Shown piece after piece: positions 19,083 through 28,977 of a stretch of 64,000 bases of DNA. The notes under the pieces were generated by a model. It ran no database searches. It was not told where the DNA came from and saw nothing but the letters and a program-made list of their open reading frames with translations. The stretch covers positions 1,024,001-1,088,000 of the forward strand of contig CBDCUI010000009.1 in assembly GCA_965222615.1 (NCBI GenBank), given 5' to 3'. Every line of letters begins with the position of its first letter. Position 1 is the stretch's first letter. Source of the stretch: Gammaproteobacteria bacterium (GTDB taxonomy: Bacteria; Pseudomonadota; Gammaproteobacteria; UBA4575). A program made the position numbers and the translations under genes.

Positions 19083-19886
19083 TTGATGCAACAACTCCAT
19101 AACATACAACATAAATTCTGGAAAAATTTACGCTGCCAGGAAACTTCTCTCGTTAATACTGAATTCATTTCAGCAGATGACAAGCTTACTGCAACTGATA
19201 AAATTAACATTTATCGACAGACTAGCTGTACAGCACATGTAAATGCACTTGCACAACGTTATTCATGCTGTGAGAAAATACTCGGTGAAAAATACTTTAA
19301 ACAACTCGCAAAACAGTATTTCTATAAATACCCCGCTACTAGTCAAAATTTAAACTTATATGGTCAATTTTTCCCCGAATTTTTGCAAGAATGTGTAACT
19401 AAGTATGCTGAATTAAAGGATTACCCATATTTTCCTGATCTTGCACGTTTCGAACAAGCTTATGAGCTAACCTACCACGCTAAGGATGATGCAACATTTG
19501 ATTTTAGTGCACTTGCTAACCTAGATGCACAAAGTCACCAAAATCTATGTTTCAAACTAAGTGAGTCGTTATATATATTGCGATCCAACTATCCAATTTA
19601 TGAAATTTGGCTTACAAATCAAAATAAAAATCGACAACAAAAAATTCCAGCAATCGACAAATCTCAGTATTTATGTATTTACCGCGAAGAATTCAAACCT
19701 ATAGTTGAAAAGATAGAACCAGCTTGCTGGTGGATTTTAAAGAATATTCAAGACCGCATATCTCTTTCACAATTTGAAATTTTAGCTGTCGATGAAGGTA
19801 TAGATTTTTCTTTACAAACAATTATACCTGAGCTTATTCAAAAAAAATGGATATGTGGGTATTATCTACGAGACTCTAAAAATTAG
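19083..19886 (+). CDS. DUF2063 MNIO partner protein (BufC/HvfC-like)
   Basis: KINIYR, LGEKYF, LNLYGQFFPEFL, DLARFE, SNYPIYEIW; follows DUF692. Confidence 0.85.
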   Translation: MMQQLHNIQHKFWKNLRCQETSLVNTEFISADDKLTATDKINIYRQTSCTAHVNALAQRYSCCEKILGEKYFKQLAKQYFYKYPATSQNLNLYGQFFPEFLQECVTKYAELKDYPYFPDLARFEQAYELTYHAKDDATFDFSALANLDAQSHQNLCFKLSESLYILRSNYPIYEIWLTNQNKNRQQKIPAIDKSQYLCIYREEFKPIVEKIEPACWWILKNIQDRISLSQFEILAVDEGIDFSLQTIIPELIQKKWICGYYLRDSKN

Positions 19887-20374
19887 TGATGTTTGATAAA
19901 ACTGAACTTAATCAATTATATCGCTATTGCATTGTCTTAGTAGACAATCAGGCTGACGCATATGATTTACTCCAAACTTCGCTGGAAAAGTATTTGCGAT
20001 CACCCCCCAGAGAAAAAACCGCGAAAAAAAGCTATATACGTAAGATTATTCGTAATCAATTTATTAACCAATATCGTAATACAAAGAAAATTGAAATAGA
20101 AACATTTGATGAGGACAATATTACAAATATACATAACGAATTATCTTCTTTAGAAACAATTATGATTCATAAAGAAGATGCCCACCTAATTTGGAGTCTA
20201 TTAGATTTCTCTGAACGTGAAATTATGTATTTGTGGGCTATTCAAGGTTTTACAACTTCTGAAGTGGCAGAGTATCTGGATGTACCGAAAGGAACAATAG
20301 TGTCTAAAATATCTAGACTGCGTAAGCGTATAACCAATCAGCTCTCTTTAAATGCGCAAAGTGGTGTCGTATGA
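19886..20374 (+). CDS. ECF RNA polymerase sigma factor
   Basis: LYRYCIVLV..ADAYDLLQ region 2; EREIMYL..GFTTSEVAEYLDVPKGTIVSKISR region 4. Confidence 0.88.
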   Translation: MMFDKTELNQLYRYCIVLVDNQADAYDLLQTSLEKYLRSPPREKTAKKSYIRKIIRNQFINQYRNTKKIEIETFDEDNITNIHNELSSLETIMIHKEDAHLIWSLLDFSEREIMYLWAIQGFTTSEVAEYLDVPKGTIVSKISRLRKRITNQLSLNAQSGVV

Positions 20375-21003
20375 AAAAAGTACCTTTAAAAAATGGCATT
20401 CAACAACACATAGATTGCATTAAACTCAAAGACCAACAACTTGATGATTTAGTGCAGTTACAGCGTAGCTATTCTAAACACCAAACCAATGGAAAAAATA
20501 CCAAGCTATTAACTACACCATTGACAAAATTGGCTGGCATTACCGCAGCTATACTGATTATGATAGCTTTAGGATTATTTATACTCGACCAACAACCCAC
20601 TATAGGCACCAAGATTGCCCATGAGGTGTCCAAAAACCATCTAAAACTCAAACCACTAGAAATTAATAGCGATCAGTTAAGTGATTTAAGTAATTATTTT
20701 TCTCAGCTCGATTTCAGGCTTGTACATACAAAGATTTTAAGTGACCCAAATTGGGAACTACTTGGAGCTCGTTATTGCTCCATACAAGGCAATACTGCTG
20801 CACAACTACGACTTAAAAACAAGCAAACAGGCGCTGTTGAAACCTTATACCAAGCCCCCTTCTATGAAGACCAATTTAGAAAAGTTCCTATACTTGAAAA
20901 TAACCAACTTCCTTTAGAAAAATATGCTAAAGGAATCGGCGTAAATATTTGGGTAGAAAAAGGTGTCTTGTTTGCTCTAACTAACAATAGCTCGCAAAAT
21001 TAG
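20371..21003 (+). CDS. Probable membrane-anchored anti-sigma factor
   Basis: Overlaps sigma stop; single TM; periplasmic EVSKNH..LLGARYCSIQG pattern. Confidence 0.65.
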   Translation: MKKVPLKNGIQQHIDCIKLKDQQLDDLVQLQRSYSKHQTNGKNTKLLTTPLTKLAGITAAILIMIALGLFILDQQPTIGTKIAHEVSKNHLKLKPLEINSDQLSDLSNYFSQLDFRLVHTKILSDPNWELLGARYCSIQGNTAAQLRLKNKQTGAVETLYQAPFYEDQFRKVPILENNQLPLEKYAKGIGVNIWVEKGVLFALTNNSSQN

Positions 21004-21032
21004 TACTCAGTCAAAACTACAGATCAAATTTA

Positions 21033-21386
21033 CTATTTACAAACATATGATTTATATAATGCCTCTTCAATGATAGTAGATGCAGCAAAATCAAGATTTT
21101 TATTTATCGTTTTCACATGGTCTGCAACTACTTTGAGCACGTCATTTTTTGTCATTTCACCCATTACACAGATATGCTGTGCTTCAGATAAATGATCAAA
21201 TAACGCGCCCACATAACCGGCATATTCAGCAACTAAAATCAAATCAGCGTCTTTAGGAGAAGCCTGAGATTTTTCCCATTCTTTTGCTGCATCGAGTAAT
21301 TTATTACCATCGAAAAAATGATAAACCACTGCATTTACTGGTGCAGCTAAATACAATAATGCAATAATTACAGCTATTTTTTTCAT
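21033..21386 (-). CDS. Rap1a/Tai-like exported immunity-family protein
   Basis: Signal peptide; DGNKLL..GYVGALFD..ICV..VV..AA..I.EAL...YVCK pattern. Confidence 0.6.
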   Translation of the reverse strand: MKKIAVIIALLYLAAPVNAVVYHFFDGNKLLDAAKEWEKSQASPKDADLILVAEYAGYVGALFDHLSEAQHICVMGEMTKNDVLKVVADHVKTINKNLDFAASTIIEEALYKSYVCK

Positions 21387-21485
21387 CTCATACTCCTATT
21401 TTTAAATTCAAATATATGTAGAAAATAATATATGGCTGTTACAGATAAAAATCAGTGAAGAACTATAGAGAAAATGAGCAGACAT

Positions 21486-21519
21486 AGCAAAACCTACAGC
21501 GTATTGTGTAGGCTTTGCT
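21486..21519. terminator. Strong hairpin in a divergent intergenic region
   Basis: AGCAAAACCTACA-N8-TGTAGGCTTTGCT. Confidence 0.45.
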
Positions 21520-21781
21520 TAACCCCCGAGTAGGAGGCTTATCTTTGTGGAAAAAAGACAGTATCGTAAATTTGTATATAAATAAAATTATTCTTATTTA
21601 TGCATTTAATTAGGGAGATATATATAAAAAGCTTAACGTTTATATATAGTATACCAACGTATAACACTTTACTTATTGCAATTTAATTTTAATCATGCTG
21701 TTAGTCTTTCTTATTAATGCGGCTTATTAAGAATTTGTGTGGCAATACCCAAACTTAAAGAGCCCTACTTAGAAAATAGTC

Positions 21782-22534
21782 GTGGATGTATTTTTTACAA
21801 ACCGTCTGGAAAAGCAATTAGCCGGAATAATTGATACTGCAAAAAATCCAATCACCTATGCCATTTTTTTGCACTGTTTTACCTGCAGCAAAGACCATCC
21901 AGCTAGCTATAGAATATGCAAAGCATTAGCAAATCAGGGAATACAAACTTTACGATTTGATTTTCTTGGCTTAGGCGAAAGTGCTGGCGATTTTTCGGAA
22001 ACAGATTTTTCAAGTAACATAGACGATATTAAAGCCGCGGTAAAATTTTTATCAGAAAATGGAACGACACCTAGGCTGCTAATAGGACATAGTCTGGGTG
22101 GAATCGCAGCCATTGCTGCAGCCTGTGAGCTTAGGGAAATCGATGCTGTTATTACCATTGCATCCCCAAGTCGTCCTGCTCATGTACTTGATCACTTCGA
22201 AGAACATATCCCAGAAATACTGAAGCGAGGATATGCAGATGTTATGGTATTTGACCAGCCATTTAAGTTAACAAAAAATTACATCAATGATTTAAAATCG
22301 TATGATAACCGTCACTTCACAAAAAAGATGAATAAACCAATTCTGATTTTTCATTCACCTTACGATGACATAGTTTCAATTGATGAAGCCGCAAAGATTT
22401 TTATTGAGGCAAAACACCCAAAAAGCTTTATATCATTAGATAAAGTCGACCATTTAATCACAAAGAAACGCGATGCTGAATATATTGCCGAACATATTGC
22501 TATTTGGATTAAACGCTATCTAAATCACCCATAA
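21782..22534 (+). CDS. Alpha/beta hydrolase (like the N-terminal domain of OsmC fusions)
   Basis: HCFTCSKD, RFDFLGLGES, GHSLGG, HSPYD, AKHPKSFISLD..DH. Confidence 0.9.
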   Translation: MDVFFTNRLEKQLAGIIDTAKNPITYAIFLHCFTCSKDHPASYRICKALANQGIQTLRFDFLGLGESAGDFSETDFSSNIDDIKAAVKFLSENGTTPRLLIGHSLGGIAAIAAACELREIDAVITIASPSRPAHVLDHFEEHIPEILKRGYADVMVFDQPFKLTKNYINDLKSYDNRHFTKKMNKPILIFHSPYDDIVSIDEAAKIFIEAKHPKSFISLDKVDHLITKKRDAEYIAEHIAIWIKRYLNHP

Positions 22535-22642
22535 ATATTGGAACAAACTTATAAGTCCATACTCTAAATAGCTCTCATTGAATATGTGTTACTTCTGTTT
22601 AATAACTGTTATTTAATTAACCCCAACTATTAGGAATCTATA

Positions 22643-23332
22643 ATGCATACAGCCATCATAAGCCGACTATTTTTAGTGTCCATATTATCGTTAACTTCCA
22701 TTCAAGTAATCGCAAATGAAACTACTGCAGAAGCTATTGTCGATGCTGCTGCAACTTCAGTTGATACTTTTACAGTTGATCCAAATATGAAGTGGCTTAG
22801 AGATAATATGACTCAAGCCAAGGGCGTTTTTATTCTTCCACAATTAGTAAAAGGTGGGTTTATATTTGGAGGCTCTGGTGGCAGCGGCGTTCTGCTAGCA
22901 CGAGGCGAGGGTAATATATGGAGTGATCCCGCCTTTTATACGATGGGCTCTGGAACAATTGGGCTACAAATTGGTGTGGAAGTCTCGGAAATAATTTTGA
23001 TGATTATGACTGACAGAGGTATCGATGCCCTATTGACTTCATCTTTTAAACTTGGAGGTGATGTAAGTATTGCTGCTGGGCCAATAGGGGCAGGCGCAAA
23101 AGCACAAACTGCTGATATATTGGCTTTTTCTCGATCAAAGGGAATTTATGGTGGAATTAATATTGAAGGAGCGGTAATTAAGATTCGCGATGATTGGAAT
23201 CATGCATATTATGCTGGGGAAACAAGTCCTCGAGACATTCTGATTAAGCGATCTGCAACAAATCCACATGCCGATGATCTACGCAGCGCGGTAGCGAACC
23301 TTGCTGTAAAAAGTAGCGCCTCGACCAAATGA
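22643..23332 (+). CDS. Lipid-binding SYLF (Ysc84) domain protein
   Basis: KGGFIFGGSGGSGVL, WSDPAF, GLQIG, AAGPIG, SRSKGIYGG. Confidence 0.9.
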   Translation: MHTAIISRLFLVSILSLTSIQVIANETTAEAIVDAAATSVDTFTVDPNMKWLRDNMTQAKGVFILPQLVKGGFIFGGSGGSGVLLARGEGNIWSDPAFYTMGSGTIGLQIGVEVSEIILMIMTDRGIDALLTSSFKLGGDVSIAAGPIGAGAKAQTADILAFSRSKGIYGGINIEGAVIKIRDDWNHAYYAGETSPRDILIKRSATNPHADDLRSAVANLAVKSSASTK

Positions 23333-23457
23333 AATAGCACAAACAAAAAATATATCAGTTTTGGCTAATAAATTTAGCCTATATATTATTTGTTGAACAC
23401 CCATTCCTTACTAATTACTAAAAATGGGCTTGACTATTTATTTAGTTTTAACATATT

Positions 23458-23877
23458 TCAACGCAAGGTCTTTAATAAGCGTGCAAGTGCTTTAGGCGCA
23501 TTTAAATCATTATCTTTATGCCAATATCTTGCTGAGTTGTATCCAATTTCGACATGCCATTGCATACTTGGTTCTTCGGCTTTTTGCATGACAGTTTTTA
23601 CATTTTTCTTAGCTTCTTTTTTTGATAAATTCTGCCGTTCAAAATATTGATGTAGTACTGATATATTTTCTTCCTCAGGCACATTTAAGGATTCAGCGAA
23701 ATATACCATGGCTCCAAAAGCATACATTGTAATTACAACTTGATGTTCTGGAGCATAGTGGCGAATGGGTGACTTAGATTTACTTTCAATCATAAATTTT
23801 TGCAGCAGCCCTAGAACCTCATCGTAGTTATCAAATTGAGGTCTGCGCTTACCAATTATGGTTTCCAATACCGACAC
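23458..23877 (-). CDS. Hypothetical protein
   Basis: 139 aa ORF with GTG start and upstream GGAG; no recognised motif. Confidence 0.6.
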   Translation of the reverse strand: MSVLETIIGKRRPQFDNYDEVLGLLQKFMIESKSKSPIRHYAPEHQVVITMYAFGAMVYFAESLNVPEEENISVLHQYFERQNLSKKEAKKNVKTVMQKAEEPSMQWHVEIGYNSARYWHKDNDLNAPKALARLLKTLR

Positions 23878-24042
23878 AAATGCTCTCCCAGCAAATATAT
23901 TTACCCAATCAATTTAATAAAAACCATGGAATATCAATTGTTTGTATTTAGCCCAACAGGGTCAAGCTGGCCGTACTAGTTAGTAGCAAATAGCCGATAA
24001 AATAGGGAAAATTTTAAAATTAATATTTATTCGCCAGTAACT

Positions 24043-25161
24043 CTAGAATGCTAGTTTATAGCCGACAGTAAATATCCAATCCGTTTCCAATTGCGGTCCA
24101 TTTAAGTGTTGATAAATAGGTGCACCAAATTCAAAGGCAATACGGTGTCCTTTTACGCTATCTGACTGGCCCGCAAGGTTTACACCTAGCAATAGATCAA
24201 TTCGCTCACCACCTTGGTTATCTGGATCTGCGGTTTGTACTGGCGCGATGATATCCGGATTTTGCCCATCTATTTTATCGATAGTCTGCCCGGCGATTCT
24301 AAAAGAGCTACTTAACCAAGGTTTCCATAAATAACTCGCCCAAGCGGTAACTCGGTGTTCATCTCCTAAACTGTAATCTTCGTGGTTTTCATCTTCCAGA
24401 CGAATCACTCCACTGTATTGGACACCCCAGCCTTTACGGCCCAATTTACCGCTATAGGTCAAACCAGGGAGAAAATCAAATGTACCTGAACCAATTTGCA
24501 TTGGATACGGCAACCGTGGAGTTGGAGTCGCACCAGTTGGAGTTAGCACACTGTCCTTTTCAGTAATGGAGCCTGTTGGCAGGCTTATTCCAACATTGGC
24601 ATGAAAGCGATGCTTACCATCATCATATAAACGAAACATTCCGCTCAACTTTGTATCCCCAAACCCATCAGATTTTGTTGTAAACCCCCCGCGCACGATT
24701 GTACCCACTGGACCCATATAAGTAATATGATCCATTTCTTTTTCTATATAAGAACCCATTACCATCAACGTCAACCAATGTGTAGGAGCATACATCAATC
24801 CAAACATATGCATATCCATTGACATTTCAGTTGGCACGACACGCAAAGTGGGCGGCTGCATGGGCAATCCAAAAAAAGGATTGGCTACAGTTGTAGCAAT
24901 TTCATCTCGACTTAGATTACTACTACCATCTCGACTGCCTTTCATTTCCATTCGCATATAACGATAGGAAAACATCCACCCACCTTTATGATGCATATGG
25001 TCACCCATTACGCCAATTGGTGCATTTGCGTCTGCTCGCATCATTTCATGTTTACCAATATCAAAACCAATGGGATGTGTATGACCTCCATCGGCATGAG
25101 CAATTTCGATAAATATAATTAACAAGCAGGAAATAATTGAGATAATTCGGGAGAAATTCAT
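24043..25161 (-). CDS. His/Met-rich outer-membrane beta-barrel transporter-family protein
   Basis: Start reassigned to ATG 25161 (GGAG RBS); signal peptide; HTH..HEMMRADANAPIGVMGDHMHHKG; MSMDMHM; PYPMQIGSGT; terminal Phe. Confidence 0.75.
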   Translation of the reverse strand: MNFSRIISIISCLLIIFIEIAHADGGHTHPIGFDIGKHEMMRADANAPIGVMGDHMHHKGGWMFSYRYMRMEMKGSRDGSSNLSRDEIATTVANPFFGLPMQPPTLRVVPTEMSMDMHMFGLMYAPTHWLTLMVMGSYIEKEMDHITYMGPVGTIVRGGFTTKSDGFGDTKLSGMFRLYDDGKHRFHANVGISLPTGSITEKDSVLTPTGATPTPRLPYPMQIGSGTFDFLPGLTYSGKLGRKGWGVQYSGVIRLEDENHEDYSLGDEHRVTAWASYLWKPWLSSSFRIAGQTIDKIDGQNPDIIAPVQTADPDNQGGERIDLLLGVNLAGQSDSVKGHRIAFEFGAPIYQHLNGPQLETDWIFTVGYKLAF

Positions 25162-25230
25162 TTGTCTGACTCCATTTGACAATTCTTATTTTCTCCCTTC
25201 ATTTTATGGTCTAAGCATGCTAATTGGCAT

Positions 25231-25245
25231 GCGGCATAGTGTCGC
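25231..25245. promoter_or_regulatory. RegA/PrrA/RegR box
   Basis: GCGGC-ATAGT-GTCGC matches the recalled GCGGC-N5-GTCGC consensus exactly; weaker copy GTGAT-ATTGT-GTCGC at 25351-25365. Confidence 0.7.
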
Positions 25246-25382
25246 ACCCCTATAGTTATATATATGATTACAGCATTGAAAATAAGGGCTTTTGAAAAGT
25301 CACATACTACTGACACTAGTAATGATTTATACTTAAATAAAAAGAAACTCGTGATATTGTGTCGCAAGCAATTAACAACTTC

Positions 25383-26648
25383 ATGTCTACGCCTAATCAA
25401 CTGTTACATCCGGAACATCGAATTAATCTACGACTGTTAATTTGGTTACGTGTATTTGCAATTACAGGACAGTTTTCAGCAGTCTATTTAGCAAAAAATT
25501 TATTAGATATTTCACTGCAAACCAATATTTTATATGCCTGGATAGCAGTGTATGCATTTATAAATTTACTAACGCTGTTGCGTTTGTCTATAAAACATGA
25601 AATTTACCGGTGGGAATTCTTTGCACATTTATTAGTTGATATTTTTATACTTACAATTTTATTAAGATTTTCAGAAGGTGGAGCAAACCCATTTGTTTCT
25701 CTATATTTAATCCCTTTAACCATCTCTGCAATTACTCTACCCGCCGTATTTACTTGGCTACTGGCTGCGATCACCGTTGGTTGCTATAGCTTGTTAATGT
25801 GGGTAATCAACCCCATGAATGAACATAGTTTTCATGCCCACAATTTTGACATTCATGTTACGGGTATGTGGTTAGGCTTTGTGATAAGCGCCGTATTAGT
25901 TTCCTTTTTTGTGGTAAGAATGGGCCGCACCATTCAAATACAACAAAAGGAACTCACCAAACAAAAAACTCAGGCTCTGCAAAACGAACAGCTGGTAAGA
26001 CTTGGAACACTTGCTGCCAGTACAGCACATGAATTAGGCACGCCACTTGGTACGATGCAGCTTATAGTCGAAGAAATACAAGATGATGAAGCCAAGCAAG
26101 CTACCAAGGATCAACTAGCCATACTGAAAGATCAAATTAACCGATGCAAAGGTGCGCTTTCGATTTTATCTGCTTCAGTTGGTACAGCACCATTACAAAG
26201 TGGTGAACCGATGGACATTCAAAATTTTATAAATGAATTACTAGTAGACTGGCAACAATCAAGACCAAATATAAATATACAAACTTCGTGGAAAGGTGAA
26301 GCACCTGGCCCTAAAATTATTGCTGAACGCTCTTTAAAACAGGCAATTAAAAATATTCTAGATAATGCTGCAAACGCTTCTCCAGAATATGTATCGTGTG
26401 AGACGATTTTAGAATCACGAAACCTGACGATACGCGTATCGGACCATGGACCCGGAATTGAATTTGATGCACATGAAACAATTGGCAAGGAACCACTTAC
26501 AGACAAGGCCAAAGGGCTAGGTCTAGGTTTATTCTTGTCACATGGCATTATTGAACGTTTTGGTGGCAAGGTATCCTTAAAAAATGTAGCTGAAGGTGGG
26601 CTACAGACCACGATCTTATTACCGATCCACAAACTTGCAGTGGCATAA
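25383..26648 (+). CDS. regB: RegB/PrrB/RoxS-family sensor histidine kinase
   Basis: LIWLRVFAI.GQ, GGANPF quinone-site-like motif, AHELGTPL H-box, RC Cys, GLGLGLFL; ATG 25383 preferred to GTG 25359. Confidence 0.85.
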   Translation: MSTPNQLLHPEHRINLRLLIWLRVFAITGQFSAVYLAKNLLDISLQTNILYAWIAVYAFINLLTLLRLSIKHEIYRWEFFAHLLVDIFILTILLRFSEGGANPFVSLYLIPLTISAITLPAVFTWLLAAITVGCYSLLMWVINPMNEHSFHAHNFDIHVTGMWLGFVISAVLVSFFVVRMGRTIQIQQKELTKQKTQALQNEQLVRLGTLAASTAHELGTPLGTMQLIVEEIQDDEAKQATKDQLAILKDQINRCKGALSILSASVGTAPLQSGEPMDIQNFINELLVDWQQSRPNINIQTSWKGEAPGPKIIAERSLKQAIKNILDNAANASPEYVSCETILESRNLTIRVSDHGPGIEFDAHETIGKEPLTDKAKGLGLGLFLSHGIIERFGGKVSLKNVAEGGLQTTILLPIHKLAVA

Positions 26649-26665
26649 ATCATTCCATACCAAAT

Positions 26666-27199
26666 ATGATGGATAATAATCTACTCATTGTTGAAGATGA
26701 TCAGGCATTCTCATCTGCATTAAGTAAAGCATTAGAAAAAAAAGGCTTTAACGTATTTAGCTCAAATACGATTGAAACAGCCATTCAAACCGCCCATGCC
26801 TGCTCTCCACAGTATGCCGTTGTTGATTTAAGACTGGGCAATGAATCAGGTCTACAAATAATACCGATCTTAAAGGAGCTAAACTCTAAAATTAAAATTA
26901 TTGTACTTACGGGGTATGCAAGCATTGCTACAGCAGTAGAGGCAATAAAACTTGGTGCCATTCAATATTTAACTAAACCTACTGGTAGTGATGAGATCTA
27001 CCAAGCATTTTTTAACCAAAACGAAATTTCTAACCAATGTGTGAAACCTAACCCCATGTCTTTAAAGCGTCTGGAATGGGAGCATATTCAGAAAGTCCTT
27101 AGCGAAAACAATGGAAATTTATCTGCTACTGCACGTGCACTGGGCATGCATCGAAGAACACTGCAAAGGAAACTCAGTAAACGACCCTCAAAAAATTAA
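26666..27199 (+). CDS. regA: RegA/PrrA/RoxR-family response regulator
   Basis: LTGYASIATAVEAIKLGA, RLEWEHIQKVL, NLSATARALGMHRRTLQRKL. Confidence 0.93.
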   Translation: MMDNNLLIVEDDQAFSSALSKALEKKGFNVFSSNTIETAIQTAHACSPQYAVVDLRLGNESGLQIIPILKELNSKIKIIVLTGYASIATAVEAIKLGAIQYLTKPTGSDEIYQAFFNQNEISNQCVKPNPMSLKRLEWEHIQKVLSENNGNLSATARALGMHRRTLQRKLSKRPSKN

Positions 27200-27200
27200 T

Positions 27201-28484
27201 TCAATGTGTCTTCTTGCTGATTGGACTTGCATTGATATCAAGTCTAGTGATTAAACGTGCCCCTCGGTCACCTTTGAAATAAATCCAAAGCCAATTCATC
27301 GTAACAGCAATCCGATTACGAACTCCTATTAGAAAATAAATGTGCGCAATTCCCCACAGCCACCAAGCAGACCATCCCTTCAATGACATCCAGCCTAAAT
27401 CAAACACAGCCGCCCGCTTACCAATCGTAGCCAAATCACCAAAGTGCTTATACTTAAATGGCTGAGTAATCTCCACACCATTGAGGCGTGCTTTGATCAC
27501 TTTAGCAACATATGCACCTTGTTGTTTTGCAGCCGGAGCAACACCTGGTATTGGCTCACCTTTATCGTCAGTAACCAAAGCGGTGTCTCCGACTACAAAA
27601 ATTTCCGGGTAATTACTTACAGACAAATCTTTTTCTACAATCACACGATTTACATTATCTGCTTTTACATCCAACCATGTAGCAGCATTTGAAGCTTGCA
27701 CTCCCGCAGCCCATAATATAGTTCTAGATTTCAATAACTGGCCTCCAAACACTACACCCTGCTCATCACAGGCAGATACAGGTTTCCCAAGCACCACTTC
27801 TACACCTAATTTTTGCAAAGCATTCTGAGCATAGAGTGATAAATTTTTTTTAAACACTGGCAATATATAATCAGCGGCTTCAATTAATACCACACGAGTA
27901 TTCCGCACATCAAAATTACGAAACTCTCCTACCAAGGTAAAGTGAGCTAATTCTGCAATTGTGCCAGCTAACTCAACGCCTGTTGGACCAGCACCAATAA
28001 CCACAAATGTAAGTAGAGCCGCACGTTCTTCTGCATTTGGCTCACGCTCAGCTTTTTCAAATGCCAAAAGAATTTTCTGTCGTATACTGGTAGCGTCATC
28101 AAGCACTTTTAAACCTGGTGCATATTTAGCCCAATGATCATTACCAAAGTAAGCGTGTCGTGCACCAGTAGCTAGAACAAGCGTGTCGTAAGTAATCACG
28201 TCACCATTTTCAAGCATCACTTGCTTATTCTCTTTATTCACATCAACCACTTTAGCTAGCAGAGTTGTCACATCTGAACGCTTACGTGCAAGATAACGAA
28301 TCGGCCAAGCAATTTCCGAAGGTGCTAATAGTGCAGTAGCAGCTTGATAAAGTAACGGCTGAAATAAATGGTAATTCTGTTTGTCGATGAGAGTAATACG
28401 AACATTCGTGTTTTTTAGGCGCTGCACGACTTGAATACCACCAAAGCCCGCCCCAACAACAACTACATGGTGAAATTTAGACAT
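27201..28484 (-). CDS. ndh: Type II NADH dehydrogenase
   Basis: GAGFGG, HLFQPLLYQ, GAGPTGVELAG, WAAGV, APAAKQQG. Confidence 0.9.
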   Translation of the reverse strand: MSKFHHVVVVGAGFGGIQVVQRLKNTNVRITLIDKQNYHLFQPLLYQAATALLAPSEIAWPIRYLARKRSDVTTLLAKVVDVNKENKQVMLENGDVITYDTLVLATGARHAYFGNDHWAKYAPGLKVLDDATSIRQKILLAFEKAEREPNAEERAALLTFVVIGAGPTGVELAGTIAELAHFTLVGEFRNFDVRNTRVVLIEAADYILPVFKKNLSLYAQNALQKLGVEVVLGKPVSACDEQGVVFGGQLLKSRTILWAAGVQASNAATWLDVKADNVNRVIVEKDLSVSNYPEIFVVGDTALVTDDKGEPIPGVAPAAKQQGAYVAKVIKARLNGVEITQPFKYKHFGDLATIGKRAAVFDLGWMSLKGWSAWWLWGIAHIYFLIGVRNRIAVTMNWLWIYFKGDRGARLITRLDINASPISKKTH

Positions 28485-28706
28485 TTATTAACTAAAGGCT
28501 TTTTGTAATTAAATAAAATTGTTCAAGCGCAGAATTATATAATTAAAAAGTATGCCTTTAGCATGATCAATTTACGAGTAATAGCTAGTTATTTTTAATA
28601 TAGTGTGCCTTTGACACTATTTAATCTGCGTAAACATAAGTAGTGTCGCTTCGCGACTGCTTAACTTACGAATAATACCCATTCGCACGTGTCCCACACA
28701 CAAGGG

Positions 28707-28783
28707 TGGTGGCTATGATTGGACTTGAACCAATGACCCCAGCATTATGAATGCTGTGCTCTAACCAACTGAGCTACATAGCC
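28707..28783 (-). tRNA. tRNA-Met (CAT), elongator type
   Basis: GGCTATGTAGCTCAGTTGGTTAGAGCACAGCATTCATAATGCTGGGGTCATTGGTTCAAGTCCAATCATAGCCACCA, 77 nt cloverleaf. Confidence 0.96.
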
Positions 28784-28850
28784 ACTATAGATTGGATCGC
28801 GGACGATACGATACGGACCTAAACCCTGTCAACTTGTCCAGTGATCATAA

Positions 28851-28977
28851 TCTAAAAACGTTAGCGAAGCAGCCAAGACAAGGCAAAAATGTCCGAACAA
28901 GCGGAGTTTACATATAAGTAAATGAGCACTGTAGGGACATTTTTAACGCAGTATTGGCAACGCAGCTAGTTTTTAGA
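28851..28977. repeat. ~127 bp palindromic (MITE/RPE-like) element
   Basis: Terminal IR TCTAAAAAC/GTTTTTAGA; nested IRs AAAAATGTCC/GGACATTTTT and TTTAC/GTAAA. Confidence 0.7.

Noticed and set aside
23993-24000. GCCGATAA sigma28 -10 element
   Set aside because: No TAAA -35 at the right spacing and no plus-strand gene downstream
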